Below are positions 18,471 to 28,291 of a DNA stretch of 64,000 nucleotides, piece by piece. Below the pieces are notes generated by a model. That model saw only the letters and a program-made list of their open reading frames with translations. It had not been told where the DNA came from and made no database searches. How positions within the stretch are numbered: position 1 is the stretch's first letter; every line of letters starts with the position of its first letter. The stretch is from Candidatus Omnitrophota bacterium (GTDB taxonomy: Bacteria > Omnitrophota > Gorgyraeia > JABMSB01): contig JABMSB010000031.1 of the NCBI GenBank assembly GCA_013202205.1, forward strand, positions 310-64,309, read 5' to 3'. The translations under genes were made by a program, and so were the position numbers.

Positions 18471-18914
18471 GTGAAGTTGATATTAATTAAGGATGTTGAA
18501 AATCTTGGCAAGACAGGCGAGGAGATCGATGTCAAGGATGGTTACGCGACCAATTATTTGATGCCCAGAAATCTCGCTGTGCGCTTGACAAAAGCCAATC
18601 TTAAAGTAGTAGAAGGAATAAAGCGCAAGGAAGGTCACAAGCTCAAGAAAGAGAAAGAGGCTGCCCAAAAGCTGGCGGATAAGATCGCCAGCGCATCATG
18701 CACGATTTCAGTCGAAGCCGGAGAAGAGGATAAGTTATTCGGTTCCGTTACATCTGAGATGATAGCTGAGGCATATGCGGCAGAAGGATTTGAGATAGAC
18801 AAAAAGAGGATAGAGCTGGAGACGCCCATAAAGAAGCTGGGTGTATACCATGCCTCTTTTAAGATACATCCTGAGGTCAGCGCGCAATTGAAGATATGGG
18901 TAGTTAAGAAGTAA
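18471..18914 (+). CDS. rplI: 50S ribosomal protein L9
   Basis: AGGAGG RBS then GTG at 18471; KLILIKDVENLGKTGE, VKDGYATNYL, KLFGSVT. Confidence 0.95.
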   Translation: MKLILIKDVENLGKTGEEIDVKDGYATNYLMPRNLAVRLTKANLKVVEGIKRKEGHKLKKEKEAAQKLADKIASASCTISVEAGEEDKLFGSVTSEMIAEAYAAEGFEIDKKRIELETPIKKLGVYHASFKIHPEVSAQLKIWVVKK

Positions 18915-18937
18915 TCTCTAAATAAAGGGTAGAGTTT

Positions 18938-20299
18938 ATGCCTGCTACAAAAGAGAAGTTCGCGCAAGAGGTTCTTGGTAAGATGCCGCCGCAGTCTATC
19001 GAGTCCGAAGTCGGCGTTATTGGGTCGATGCTTATAGAGGAGGAGGCGATCGCCAAGGTCATAGAACTCCTCAAACCGTCCTCTTTTTATAAAGATGCCC
19101 ACAGAAAGATATTCGCGTCTATTTTAGATATCTATGCCAAGGGCGGGATGGTCGATATGGTGACCTTAAGTGAAGACCTGAGAAAGAAGAACCAGCTGGA
19201 TAGCGTCGGGGGAGTCAGCTATATCACGTCACTCACTACCATGATACCTACCGCGGCCAGCGTGGTCCATTACGCCAAGATAGTGCGTGAAAAAGCGACA
19301 TTGCGTAACCTCATCTCCGCGGCGACAGAGATCGCTTCCAATAGTTATGATGGGGCTGCCGACGCCGATACGATACTCGACAAGGCAGAACAGATGATAT
19401 TCGAGGTTACCGCCAACAAGGTAGATACGAATATCGCTTCCTTAAAAGATATAATAAAAGGCTCTATCGAGATGATAGACGGCCTTTACCAGCGCAAGGA
19501 GAACGTGACCGGCATACCGACGGGATTCCATGAGATAGATATCATGACAGCCGGCATGCAGCCCTCAGACCTGATAATCCTCGCCGGCCGTCCATCGATG
19601 GGAAAGAGCGCTTTGGCTACCTGTATAGCCGAACATGCCAGCGTTATTGAGAAGATCCCGGTGGCCTTCTTCAGCCTCGAAATGTCAAAAGAGATGCTCG
19701 TCCAGCGTATGCTCTGCTCTCACGCCAGGGTAAACGCGCATAAAGTACGCACGGGATTCCTTTCACAGTCCGATTGGCCCCGCCTGACAAGCGCGGCAGG
19801 GAGGCTCTCCGCCGCTCCGCTCTTTATCGACGATACCCCGGCCTGTTCGGCCTTGGAGATAAGGGCAAAGGCGCGACGTCTTAAGTCGATGCATGACATA
19901 CAATTGATAATCATAGATTACCTGCAGCTTATGCGGGGGGCCGCGAGATCGGAGAACAGGCAGCAGGAGATATCCGAAATATCCCGCTCACTAAAAGCGC
20001 TCGCGCGTGAATTGAGAGTGCCGATTATTGCTATAAGCCAGCTCTCAAGGGCGGTAGAACAGCGCTCAGACCACAGGCCGCAGCTTTCTGACTTGAGAGA
20101 GTCCGGCGCCATTGAGCAGGATGCGGACGTAGTCGCACTCCTTCTAAGAGAGGAATATTATGCCCCGACAGAGGAGAATAGGGGCCTTTCAGAGATTATA
20201 GTAGCCAAACAGCGTAATGGGCCGACGGGGTCCGTGACGCTCGCATTCCTATCGGAATATACACGTTTCGAAAACCTTTCAACCAGAGAGGGACGATGA
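18938..20299 (+). CDS. dnaB: Replicative DNA helicase
   Basis: PPQSIESE, AGRPSMGKS, FSLEMS, IDYLQL, SDLRESGAIEQDAD, KQRNGPTG; no intein. Confidence 0.97.
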   Translation: MPATKEKFAQEVLGKMPPQSIESEVGVIGSMLIEEEAIAKVIELLKPSSFYKDAHRKIFASILDIYAKGGMVDMVTLSEDLRKKNQLDSVGGVSYITSLTTMIPTAASVVHYAKIVREKATLRNLISAATEIASNSYDGAADADTILDKAEQMIFEVTANKVDTNIASLKDIIKGSIEMIDGLYQRKENVTGIPTGFHEIDIMTAGMQPSDLIILAGRPSMGKSALATCIAEHASVIEKIPVAFFSLEMSKEMLVQRMLCSHARVNAHKVRTGFLSQSDWPRLTSAAGRLSAAPLFIDDTPACSALEIRAKARRLKSMHDIQLIIIDYLQLMRGAARSENRQQEISEISRSLKALARELRVPIIAISQLSRAVEQRSDHRPQLSDLRESGAIEQDADVVALLLREEYYAPTEENRGLSEIIVAKQRNGPTGSVTLAFLSEYTRFENLSTREGR

Positions 20300-22608
20300 A
20301 AAAAATTCATTTTTTCGCTGTATATTTTGCAGTACTTTCCTGTTTTTCTTTATCTTTCTGCGGTGAAGCCTTTGCCAAAGACTCAGGGGCGGGTAAGGTA
20401 ATAAGATCAGTCGTCGTCAGAAACAATAGATCTGTAAGCGAGATGACGATACTTTCCAATGTGCGTACCAGGGTAGGGCAGGCCTTTTCCCAACCCCTGC
20501 TCAATGACGACTTAAAACGTCTGTACGCGCTGGGCTATTTTACGGATGTCTCCATAGACCTGGAGGATTTTCTCGACGGCGTCAAGGTGAGCTTTATAGT
20601 TAAGGAGAAACCGGTCCTTAAGTCCGTTACATTTAGCGGTAACCAGGCCTTAAGAAAGACCAAGCTTAAAAAAGAGATGAAGATTGTCATAGGCGAGATG
20701 TTCAATCCCTCCCAGCTCACAGCAGACCTCAAGGCAATAGAGGCGTTATATGAGTCGAAGGGTTTCGCCCTCACCAATATAGGCTATACAAAGAAGGTGG
20801 ATGAGCGGTCAAATGAGGTGAGCGTAACCGTAATCATAGATGAGAAGGAGCGCGTCAAGATCAAATCGATAACGGTTGAGGGAAACGAGCACATTGCGAC
20901 GAAGAAACTCTTAAAGATAATGTCTACAAAGAAGGACTCCTTTCTTACATCCGGCCACTTCAAAAGAGAAGATTTCGATATGGACTTGGAGAATTTAAGG
21001 CTTTACTACGAGAGGGCGGGTTTTCTCGACGTGGAGGTTACACCGGATCTCGATTACGACGATACCGGAAAGCGGATGCATATCACGATCAATGTCAAGG
21101 AAGGCAATCGTTATGAGGTAGGCCAGATTGCAATAGCCGGCAATAAGGTCTTCCCTGAGAAGCTGATCCGCCAATCCTTGAAGATGGCAACAGGTGAACC
21201 CTACAGCCCTTACGGTGCCAGGGTGGAAGTGCTGAATATACAGAAGTTCTATTCTCATCAAGGATATATGTTTGCCAGGATAAATGCAGACTCATCGCTC
21301 AATCCCAAGACGGGAAGGATCGATCTCACTTATCATATTGAGGAAAATGACCTTGCCTATATCGACAAGGTAAAGATACGGGGTAATTCGAAGACCAAGG
21401 ATGTAGTCATAAGAAGAGAGATGAGGGTCTATCCCGGCGAGCGCTTCGACGGAGATAAATTGCAGCGGTCCAAAGAGAGGTTGTATAATCTCGGTTTCTT
21501 TGAAGATGTGCAGATCGACACGGAAGATACGGACAAACCGAATAAGAAAGATCTCGTCGTGGAGGTAAAGGAAGCCAAGACAGGCGAATTCAGCTTTGGA
21601 GGCGGATATAGCTCGATCGATAAAGTTATAGGTTTTGTAGAGATAACCCAGCGAAATTTTGACTGGGCCAACTTTCCCAATTTCACCGGGGATGGACAGC
21701 ACATGTCGATACGCGCGGAGATGGGTAGCTCAAGACAAGATTATAATTTGAGCTGGACTGAGCCATGGATATTTGACTATCCGCTCTCCTTTGGTTTCGA
21801 TCTCTACCAGCGTACCCACAAACGCCGCTCGAGCGCCGGTTACGGTTATGACGAGAAGCGGCAGGGCGGAGACCTGCGCTTAGGAAAAGAGTTCACGGAA
21901 TACCTGACGGGAAATTTGACATATAAGTATGAGAACGTCCGTATATCCGACATAAGTGAGGATGCAACGGCAGACCTCAAGGCAGAGGCAGGGTCGAATA
22001 ATATAAGCAGCCTCCTCTTTGTCCTGACGCAGGATACGCGCGACAATGTATTTTCCCCGACGCGCGGCTATGTCTTAAAAGGCGGCATAGAGTGGGCAGG
22101 AGGCGCTATAGGAGGCGATAAGGATTTTATGAAGTACACAGGGGGCGCTCGACACTATCAAGAACTCTTTTTAAAGACAGTCCTTCAGTTAAGGCTTCGC
22201 TCAGGCATTGTGGAACCCTACGGGGATAGCCTCACAGTACCCATATATGAAAGATTTTACGCAGGGGGCACGCACACCATACGCGGATATGAAGAGAGGC
22301 GCGTAGGGCCGCGCGATGCGTCATCGAACGACCCCATCGGCGGAGAATCGATGCTGATAGGTAATGTGGAGCTTGTCTTTCCTATATTTCAGGATATCTT
22401 AAAGGGCGCTATCTTCTATGACGTAGGCAACGTATGGGAGAAGACAGGAGATTTTGCTTCAGGCAACTACAAATCGGGTACCGGCGTCGGCATAAGGGTC
22501 AAGACACCGATCGGTCCGGTGAGTATAGATTACGGTATTCCGCTCGATTCGATCGAGGGTGAGGATGAAGAGGGAAGAGTCCACTTTTCGATGGGGCAGG
22601 GATTTTAA
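20296..22608 (+). CDS. bamA: Outer membrane protein assembly factor BamA
   Basis: Signal peptide, POTRA repeats, IRGYEERRVGP loop motif, C-terminal Phe. Confidence 0.96.
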   Translation: MKKIHFFAVYFAVLSCFSLSFCGEAFAKDSGAGKVIRSVVVRNNRSVSEMTILSNVRTRVGQAFSQPLLNDDLKRLYALGYFTDVSIDLEDFLDGVKVSFIVKEKPVLKSVTFSGNQALRKTKLKKEMKIVIGEMFNPSQLTADLKAIEALYESKGFALTNIGYTKKVDERSNEVSVTVIIDEKERVKIKSITVEGNEHIATKKLLKIMSTKKDSFLTSGHFKREDFDMDLENLRLYYERAGFLDVEVTPDLDYDDTGKRMHITINVKEGNRYEVGQIAIAGNKVFPEKLIRQSLKMATGEPYSPYGARVEVLNIQKFYSHQGYMFARINADSSLNPKTGRIDLTYHIEENDLAYIDKVKIRGNSKTKDVVIRREMRVYPGERFDGDKLQRSKERLYNLGFFEDVQIDTEDTDKPNKKDLVVEVKEAKTGEFSFGGGYSSIDKVIGFVEITQRNFDWANFPNFTGDGQHMSIRAEMGSSRQDYNLSWTEPWIFDYPLSFGFDLYQRTHKRRSSAGYGYDEKRQGGDLRLGKEFTEYLTGNLTYKYENVRISDISEDATADLKAEAGSNNISSLLFVLTQDTRDNVFSPTRGYVLKGGIEWAGGAIGGDKDFMKYTGGARHYQELFLKTVLQLRLRSGIVEPYGDSLTVPIYERFYAGGTHTIRGYEERRVGPRDASSNDPIGGESMLIGNVELVFPIFQDILKGAIFYDVGNVWEKTGDFASGNYKSGTGVGIRVKTPIGPVSIDYGIPLDSIEGEDEEGRVHFSMGQGF

Positions 22609-22646
22609 GAGAGGCTTAATAGCTACAACTAAAAAGGGAGGCGGTT

Positions 22647-23177
22647 ATGAAGAAATTCAAGTTTGATATTTCGGCGGTGTTGTGTGCGGCAATCATATCC
22701 TCACTTATCTTTGGGTTTGCGGGTACCTCAGGGGCTGAAGAGAAGATGGGTGTTGTACAGCTTGAGAAGGTATTTAATGAGTATCAAAAGACGAAAGAAT
22801 TGGATAGTATACTTGAGGAGAAAGGTAAGAGCACACAGGATGAGAGGCAAAATAAGGTAGATGCTATCAGGAAGATGAAAGATGAACTCGAGCTCTTAAG
22901 TGAGAAGGGCAAAGAAGAGAAGCAGGCAAAGATAGACGAAAAGATACAGGAACTGCAGACCTTTGACCGCGACAAGACGAATACCTTGAAGAAAGAGCAC
23001 GATCAATATATGAGAGAGATCCTTAAAGAGATCAGCGATAAGATAGAGGCCTATGGTAAAGATAAAGGTTACAGTATGATACTCAGCGACCGCGCCATAC
23101 TCTATAGCGATGAGGAGATCGACCTGACCGACAAGGTGCTGGAAGACCTTAACAAGGGATACAAAAAATCAGAATAA
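22647..23177 (+). CDS. skp: OmpH/Skp periplasmic chaperone
   Basis: Signal peptide, KMGVVQLEKVF, coiled coil, IDLTDKVL; lies between bamA and lpxD. Confidence 0.9.
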   Translation: MKKFKFDISAVLCAAIISSLIFGFAGTSGAEEKMGVVQLEKVFNEYQKTKELDSILEEKGKSTQDERQNKVDAIRKMKDELELLSEKGKEEKQAKIDEKIQELQTFDRDKTNTLKKEHDQYMREILKEISDKIEAYGKDKGYSMILSDRAILYSDEEIDLTDKVLEDLNKGYKKSE

Positions 23178-23216
23178 TTAAACAGATATATCAATATAGG
23201 GTTATTGAGAGAAGTT

Positions 23217-24254
23217 ATGCCTGAGAAGACGATAAGAGAGATAGCAGAACATATAAACGGTGAAGTTGTCGGTGATAATAAGGCGGTTATCCGCGGCGTA
23301 TCCGGCATAAAGATAGCCAAGGAAGGCGATATCACTTTCCTTGCAAATACAAAATACGCGCCGCTTATGGAGAAGACAGCGGCTTCATGTATTATCGTAT
23401 CCCAGGATCTCTCTTATGACGGCAAAATCCCTATTATTAAGACCGAAAACCCCTCCATGGCATTCTCTAAAGCAATATCATTTTTAAATCCGGATAAGAC
23501 GAAACGGCCCAAGGGGATCCATCCAAGCGCTGTGGTAGGAGAGAAAATAAGGTTTGGCCAGGATGTCTCACTAGGCGCTCATGTCACGATAGAGGACGGG
23601 GTTCAGATCGGCGATGAGACGGCCATATATCCCGGTGTTTACATAGGCACCAATGCGCGCATAGGCAAGGATTGCACAATACATCCAAATGTTACCATTC
23701 GCGAGAACGTCACGATAGGCGATCGCGTTATAGTGCATAGCGGCACCGTCATAGGCAGCGATGGTTTTGGTTATATGGAAGTAGAAGGTGTACAGAATAA
23801 GATTCCCCAGATCGGTATCGTCGAGATCGAGGATGATGTCGAGATCGGGGCATGTGCCGCTATAGACCGCGCCAGGTTCGATAAGACGATCATCCGACGC
23901 GGTACCAAGATAGACAACCTTGTCCATATAGCACACAATGTTGAGATAGGGGCGGATTCGTTGATCCTTGCGCAGTGTGCTATCGCAGGCAGCACAAAAC
24001 TGGGGAAAGGTGTGATACTAGCAGGGCAGTCGGGCATCGTGGGGCATATCGAGATAGGAGATAAGGTCATAATAGGCTCACAGAGTGGTGTCACGAAAGA
24101 CGTACCGGCCGGTGAGATCATGTTAGGCAGCCCAGCGAAGCCCATATCTTTGTGGAAGAGGATAAATGCTTCAATGCAGCGGTTGCCAAAACTGTTTGCG
24201 AAGATAAAAGATCTGGAAAACAGGATAGAAAATATAGAGAAACAGAAGAGATAA
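23217..24254 (+). CDS. lpxD: UDP-3-O-acylglucosamine N-acyltransferase
   Basis: GDITFLAN, hexapeptide repeats, GSDGFGY, KIDNLVHIAHNV. Confidence 0.96.
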   Translation: MPEKTIREIAEHINGEVVGDNKAVIRGVSGIKIAKEGDITFLANTKYAPLMEKTAASCIIVSQDLSYDGKIPIIKTENPSMAFSKAISFLNPDKTKRPKGIHPSAVVGEKIRFGQDVSLGAHVTIEDGVQIGDETAIYPGVYIGTNARIGKDCTIHPNVTIRENVTIGDRVIVHSGTVIGSDGFGYMEVEGVQNKIPQIGIVEIEDDVEIGACAAIDRARFDKTIIRRGTKIDNLVHIAHNVEIGADSLILAQCAIAGSTKLGKGVILAGQSGIVGHIEIGDKVIIGSQSGVTKDVPAGEIMLGSPAKPISLWKRINASMQRLPKLFAKIKDLENRIENIEKQKR

Positions 24255-24265
24255 CCAGGAGAAGA

Positions 24266-25603
24266 GTGGAGAAGCAGAAGACCATAAAAAAAGAAGTGAC
24301 GATAGAAGGCGCCGGGTTAAATACAGGCATCAACGTCAAATGCAAGTTTAAGCCCGCAAGCTTAAATTCCGGGATTAATTTTATCAGGACCGACTTGCCA
24401 AAGAGGCCTGCGATAAAGGCATGCATATCGAATGTCCTTGAGCTCTCAAAGAGCGTCAGGCATACCTCCATAGGCAATGATGGGGTAGAGATCCATACGA
24501 TAGAACATCTCATGGCCAGCATATCCGCCCTCTCGATAGATAACCTTGAGATCGAGATAAATGGCCGGGAGATGCCGGCCATAGACGGAAGCGCGCTATT
24601 ATATTTTGAAGTTTTAAGAGACGCCGGCATTGTGGAACAGGATGGGCCCCGCAAGAGGTTTGTGGTGAAGGAACCAATATGGGTCCAGGACAATAATTGC
24701 AAGCTTATGATCTTGCCCAGGGTTGCAGATGACTCCCTTGCTATATCATATACGCTCGATTATGACCATCCCATGATACGTACGCAACACATGAGCATCA
24801 CACCCACCGAAAAGTTCTTCGAGAAGGAGATTGCTCCCGCAAGGACATTTTGCCTTGAGCGGGAAGTGGAAGAGCTTAAAGGTTTAGGCCTTGGCAAAGG
24901 GGCTTCATATGATAATACGCTTGTTGTCGGTGAGGATGGTGTCATAAAGAATAAACTCCGTTTCGACGACGAATATACAAGGCACAAAATATCGGACCTC
25001 ATGGGCGATCTCTATCTTTTGGGAATGCCCATCACAGGACAGATAATCGGCATTAAGAGCGGCCACGTCCTTAATATAAAGATGCTAAAAAAAATCCAGA
25101 TGCATATAGAGAGAGGCGAGGCAGGCGCGATTAAGGCCGGAAGTGTCGGGCCGGATTTGAGCAAGGGCGAGCTCGATCGTGAAACTATTCAAAAGATACT
25201 CCCCCACAGGGATCCGTTTCTCTTTGTCGATCGTATCATAGAGATAGAGCCGGATAAGCGCGCGGTCGGTATAAAGAATCTGACGATGAACGACGACTTC
25301 TTCAGGGGCCATTTCCCGGGGAAACCTATTATGCCCGGGGTCTTGATGGTAGAAGCGATGGCTCAGGTTGTCGGTGTAATCCTTCTTGCAAAAGGAGAGC
25401 GCCACGGCAAGATCGCCTACTTTTTGTCTATGAATAATGTTAAATTTAGAAAGACGGTACTGCCGGGTGATCAACTTGTGATGGATGTTGAGATCATAAA
25501 GATGAAATTGAGGACGGGCCAGGCCAGAGGCCGTGCCTCGGTAGACGGCAATCTTGTATGTGAAGCCGATATGATGTTTTATGTGTCGAAAGACGAGGGA
25601 TAA
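24266..25603 (+). CDS. lpxC-fabZ: Bifunctional LpxC deacetylase / FabZ 3-hydroxyacyl-ACP dehydratase fusion
   Basis: QKTIKK, TIEHLMA, EIAPARTF, RHKISDLMGDL; then LPHRDPFLFVDRI, FFRGHFPG..IMPGVL. GTG start at 24266 after AGGAG. Confidence 0.95.
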   Translation: MEKQKTIKKEVTIEGAGLNTGINVKCKFKPASLNSGINFIRTDLPKRPAIKACISNVLELSKSVRHTSIGNDGVEIHTIEHLMASISALSIDNLEIEINGREMPAIDGSALLYFEVLRDAGIVEQDGPRKRFVVKEPIWVQDNNCKLMILPRVADDSLAISYTLDYDHPMIRTQHMSITPTEKFFEKEIAPARTFCLEREVEELKGLGLGKGASYDNTLVVGEDGVIKNKLRFDDEYTRHKISDLMGDLYLLGMPITGQIIGIKSGHVLNIKMLKKIQMHIERGEAGAIKAGSVGPDLSKGELDRETIQKILPHRDPFLFVDRIIEIEPDKRAVGIKNLTMNDDFFRGHFPGKPIMPGVLMVEAMAQVVGVILLAKGERHGKIAYFLSMNNVKFRKTVLPGDQLVMDVEIIKMKLRTGQARGRASVDGNLVCEADMMFYVSKDEG

Positions 25604-25605
25604 AG

Positions 25606-26388
25606 ATGGCTGTTAATATCCACAAGACCGCGATAGTTGATAAAAGGGCCAAGCTGGCTGACGGCGTATCCGTCGGCCCTTTTTCTATTATAGGGGGAGA
25701 TGTTGTGATAGGAGAGGGGACGACTATCGGGCCGTTTTCCATAATAGAAGGCTGGACGACTATCGGCAGGGAGAATAAGATATTTTCACATGTTGTGATA
25801 GGGACTATATCGCAGGATAAGAAGTATAAGGGTGAGAAGAGCTTTGTCGAGATAGGCGACAGAAATACGATACGTGAATTCACAACAATAAACCTCGGTA
25901 CGTCTGAGAAGGAAGGTTACGGCACGCGTGTCGGTAGTGACAACTTTATGATGGCCTATTCCCATATAGCGCACGATTGCCTCGTTGGTAACAGTAACGT
26001 CATAGCCAATATGGGTACGCTCGCCGGACATGTTACGCTCGAAGATGGTGTTGTCTTGGGAGGGCTCGCCGGTATCCATCAGTTTGTACGGATTGGGCGC
26101 CTGGCTGTAATCGGCGGTATCTCAAAGGTCGTCAAGGACGTGCCTCCCTATATGATGGTCGATGGCCAGCGGGCATCTGCATGCGGACTCAATCTCGTAG
26201 GCTTAAGAAGGGCCGGGATCAGCAAGAAGGCCCATTCCAGCTTAAAGCAGGCCTTTAAGATATTATTCAAATCAGAGCTCTCATTGCCGAATGCACTAGA
26301 GAAGGTCAAGACAGAAGTGCCTCCCTGCGACGAAATCACTCACCTTATAGAATTTATTAATGGATCTGAAAGAGGTATCTGCGGTTAA
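25606..26388 (+). CDS. lpxA: Acyl-ACP-UDP-N-acetylglucosamine acyltransferase
   Basis: IHKTAIV, QDKKY, IREFTTI, MAYSHIAHDC, GIHQFVRIG, GLNLVGLRR. Confidence 0.96.
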   Translation: MAVNIHKTAIVDKRAKLADGVSVGPFSIIGGDVVIGEGTTIGPFSIIEGWTTIGRENKIFSHVVIGTISQDKKYKGEKSFVEIGDRNTIREFTTINLGTSEKEGYGTRVGSDNFMMAYSHIAHDCLVGNSNVIANMGTLAGHVTLEDGVVLGGLAGIHQFVRIGRLAVIGGISKVVKDVPPYMMVDGQRASACGLNLVGLRRAGISKKAHSSLKQAFKILFKSELSLPNALEKVKTEVPPCDEITHLIEFINGSERGICG

Positions 26389-26391
26389 CTT

Positions 26392-27195
26392 ATGCGGCGA
26401 ATCGGACTTATAGCAGGGCACGGAAGATACCCGATACTATTTGCCCAGGCTGCCAGGCGCAAAGGTGTTGAGGTGGTCTGTGTTGCCATAGAAGGTGAGA
26501 CTTCCCGCGAGATAGAAGGCCTGGTAGATAAGGTATCCTGGGTCCATCTATGGGAATTTAAGCGGCTCATTGAGGTATTCCAAAAAGAGAGAATACGCCA
26601 GGCCGTTATGGCAGGGAGTGTCACAAAGACAGAGATTTACAGAAAAGACGTAAAGCTCGACCAGGAAGCAGAGAAGCTTATAACTAACACGAAAGACCGC
26701 AAGGATAAGACACTCCTTAAGGCGGCAGCACTAAGATTGCGGTTGGCAGGGGTTAAACTTATAGATTCGAGGATATTCCTTGAAGATCTCCTGCCCCAAA
26801 AGGGCGTATTTACTAAGCGCCAGCCTACCGAGAGCGAGCTACAGGATGTGAAGTTTGGTCGCACTATCGCAAAAAAACTAGCAGATTTGGAGATAGGCCA
26901 GACAATAGTCGTTAAGAATAAGACCGTTGTGGCAGTTGAAGCTATAGAAGGGACTAACGATACAATAAGCCGGGCAGGCAAGCTTGGCAAAGGTGATATA
27001 GTAGTCGTCAAGGTCTCAAGGCCGAAGCAGGATGTGAGGTTTGACATACCTACCGTGGGGCCGGATACGATCAATGCCCTCGCGGATGCGGGAGGAGGGG
27101 TGCTTGCTATCGAAGCAAAGAAGATGTTCATGATAGACAAGGAAGAGACTATACGCCTGGCAGACCAAAAGAATATAGCAGTCATTGCGGTATGA
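26392..27195 (+). CDS. lpxI: UDP-2,3-diacylglucosamine diphosphatase LpxI
   Basis: IGLIAGHGRYP, DLEIGQTIVV, AVEAIEGT, QDVRFDIPTVG; directly after lpxA. Confidence 0.93.
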   Translation: MRRIGLIAGHGRYPILFAQAARRKGVEVVCVAIEGETSREIEGLVDKVSWVHLWEFKRLIEVFQKERIRQAVMAGSVTKTEIYRKDVKLDQEAEKLITNTKDRKDKTLLKAAALRLRLAGVKLIDSRIFLEDLLPQKGVFTKRQPTESELQDVKFGRTIAKKLADLEIGQTIVVKNKTVVAVEAIEGTNDTISRAGKLGKGDIVVVKVSRPKQDVRFDIPTVGPDTINALADAGGGVLAIEAKKMFMIDKEETIRLADQKNIAVIAV

Positions 27196-27965
27196 ATAGA
27201 GAGTTGAAGATGAATACAGGTTCAGTAAAAAAGAAGCTGATAACATTCATTCGTTGTCAGACGAAAAGAGCAGGTGTCGGGCGAATGGTCATAGGCCTCT
27301 CAGGCGGTGTTGATTCTGCCGTGAGTGTTTATCTGGCCGCAGCCGCTCTTGGCCCTAAAAATGTCTTGGGTCTCATGATGCCATATAAGACGAGTAGCCC
27401 TATAGATACAAAAGATGCCCGCTTAGTCGTAAAGGCGCTCGGCATCAAATCGAAGACGATCTCTATTACGCCAATGGTCGATGCGTATTTTAAAAAATTC
27501 CCCAAGGCCAATCGAGTACGCCGGGGCAATAAGATGGCCCGTGAGCGCATGTCGATCCTTTATGATCAGTCAAAGGTATTCGACGCACTCGTCATGGGCA
27601 CAGGAAATAAGACAGAGATACTCCTTGGATATTACACCCTCCACGGTGATGCGGCCTGCTCGATAAATGCTATAGGATCTTTGTATAAGACCCAAGTGCG
27701 GCAGCTTGCTAAAAGCTTAGGTGTACCGGAGGGTATCATTACAAAGGCACCTTCGGCAGGATTGTGGCCCGGCCAGACCGATGAGGGTGAGCTTGGCATG
27801 ACCTATTGTGAAGTAGACAGTCTTCTCTATTATATGATCGATAGGGGATATTCTCAGTCGAGATTAGCCAAGATGGGTTTTAAGAAGAGTTTTATCAGGA
27901 AGGTTTCAAACCGGATTGCCTCCACCTGCTTCAAACGTCTCCCACCTGCCATAGCAGTTATCTAA
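27192..27965 (+). CDS. nadE: NH3-dependent NAD+ synthetase
   Basis: GLSGGVDS, GNKMARERM, GTGNKTE...GYYTLHGD, KAPSAGLWPGQTDE. Confidence 0.95.
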   Translation: MNRELKMNTGSVKKKLITFIRCQTKRAGVGRMVIGLSGGVDSAVSVYLAAAALGPKNVLGLMMPYKTSSPIDTKDARLVVKALGIKSKTISITPMVDAYFKKFPKANRVRRGNKMARERMSILYDQSKVFDALVMGTGNKTEILLGYYTLHGDAACSINAIGSLYKTQVRQLAKSLGVPEGIITKAPSAGLWPGQTDEGELGMTYCEVDSLLYYMIDRGYSQSRLAKMGFKKSFIRKVSNRIASTCFKRLPPAIAVI

Positions 27966-27989
27966 AATCCCGCATAGTTTTATAATAAG

Positions 27990-28041
27990 ATTACAATTGT
28001 AACCTTTTTTGGGTTACAATCGTAATATATAAAGGTTACAA
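27990..28041. promoter_or_regulatory. Nested inverted repeats (operator-like)
   Basis: ATTACAATTGTAACC-N7-GGTTACAATCGTAAT (15-bp inverted repeat, 1 mismatch, each arm itself near-palindromic), plus a third GGTTACAA at 28034. Confidence 0.55.
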
Positions 28042-28217
28042 AATATCGGAACAGGCTCAAGCTGCATTGCCTCTACCTGTTTAGGCATTTTCCACCCCAA
28101 AACTGTATATGCCAATTATTAACATAGCAAAACCACACAATTTATATAACATATTTTAATATATAATGTTATGTAAAATATACATCCGACCAAAATTAGA
28201 TATATTTAAAAATAGTC

Positions 28218-28250
28218 TTGACTAATTTAAGATATATGGTAAAATAGTCA
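28218..28250 (+). promoter_or_regulatory. Putative sigma70 promoter of the AAA ATPase gene, overlapped by TGACTA/TAGTCA inverted repeats
   Basis: TTGACT-N16-TAAAAT with extended -10 TG. Confidence 0.5.
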
Positions 28251-28291
28251 TAGTAACATATAGGGGATTCCAGACCAAAGGAGGTTTTGTA

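Noticed and set aside
18938-20299. Intein in dnaB
   Set aside because: Normal length and uninterrupted helicase motifs.
11550-24265. Long N-terminal extensions in the ORF track for spoVG (11550), glmU (13673), rplI (18375) and lpxC-fabZ (24152)
   Set aside because: They overlap or crowd upstream genes; downstream starts (11592, 13742, 18471, 24266) match family N-termini and have an RBS or start/stop coupling.
28141-28179. dif/Xer site (TTATGTAAAAT resembles a XerD arm)
   Set aside because: No XerC arm ending in ATAA at the required 6-bp spacing; better explained by the TAAC-N17-GTTA inverted repeat.
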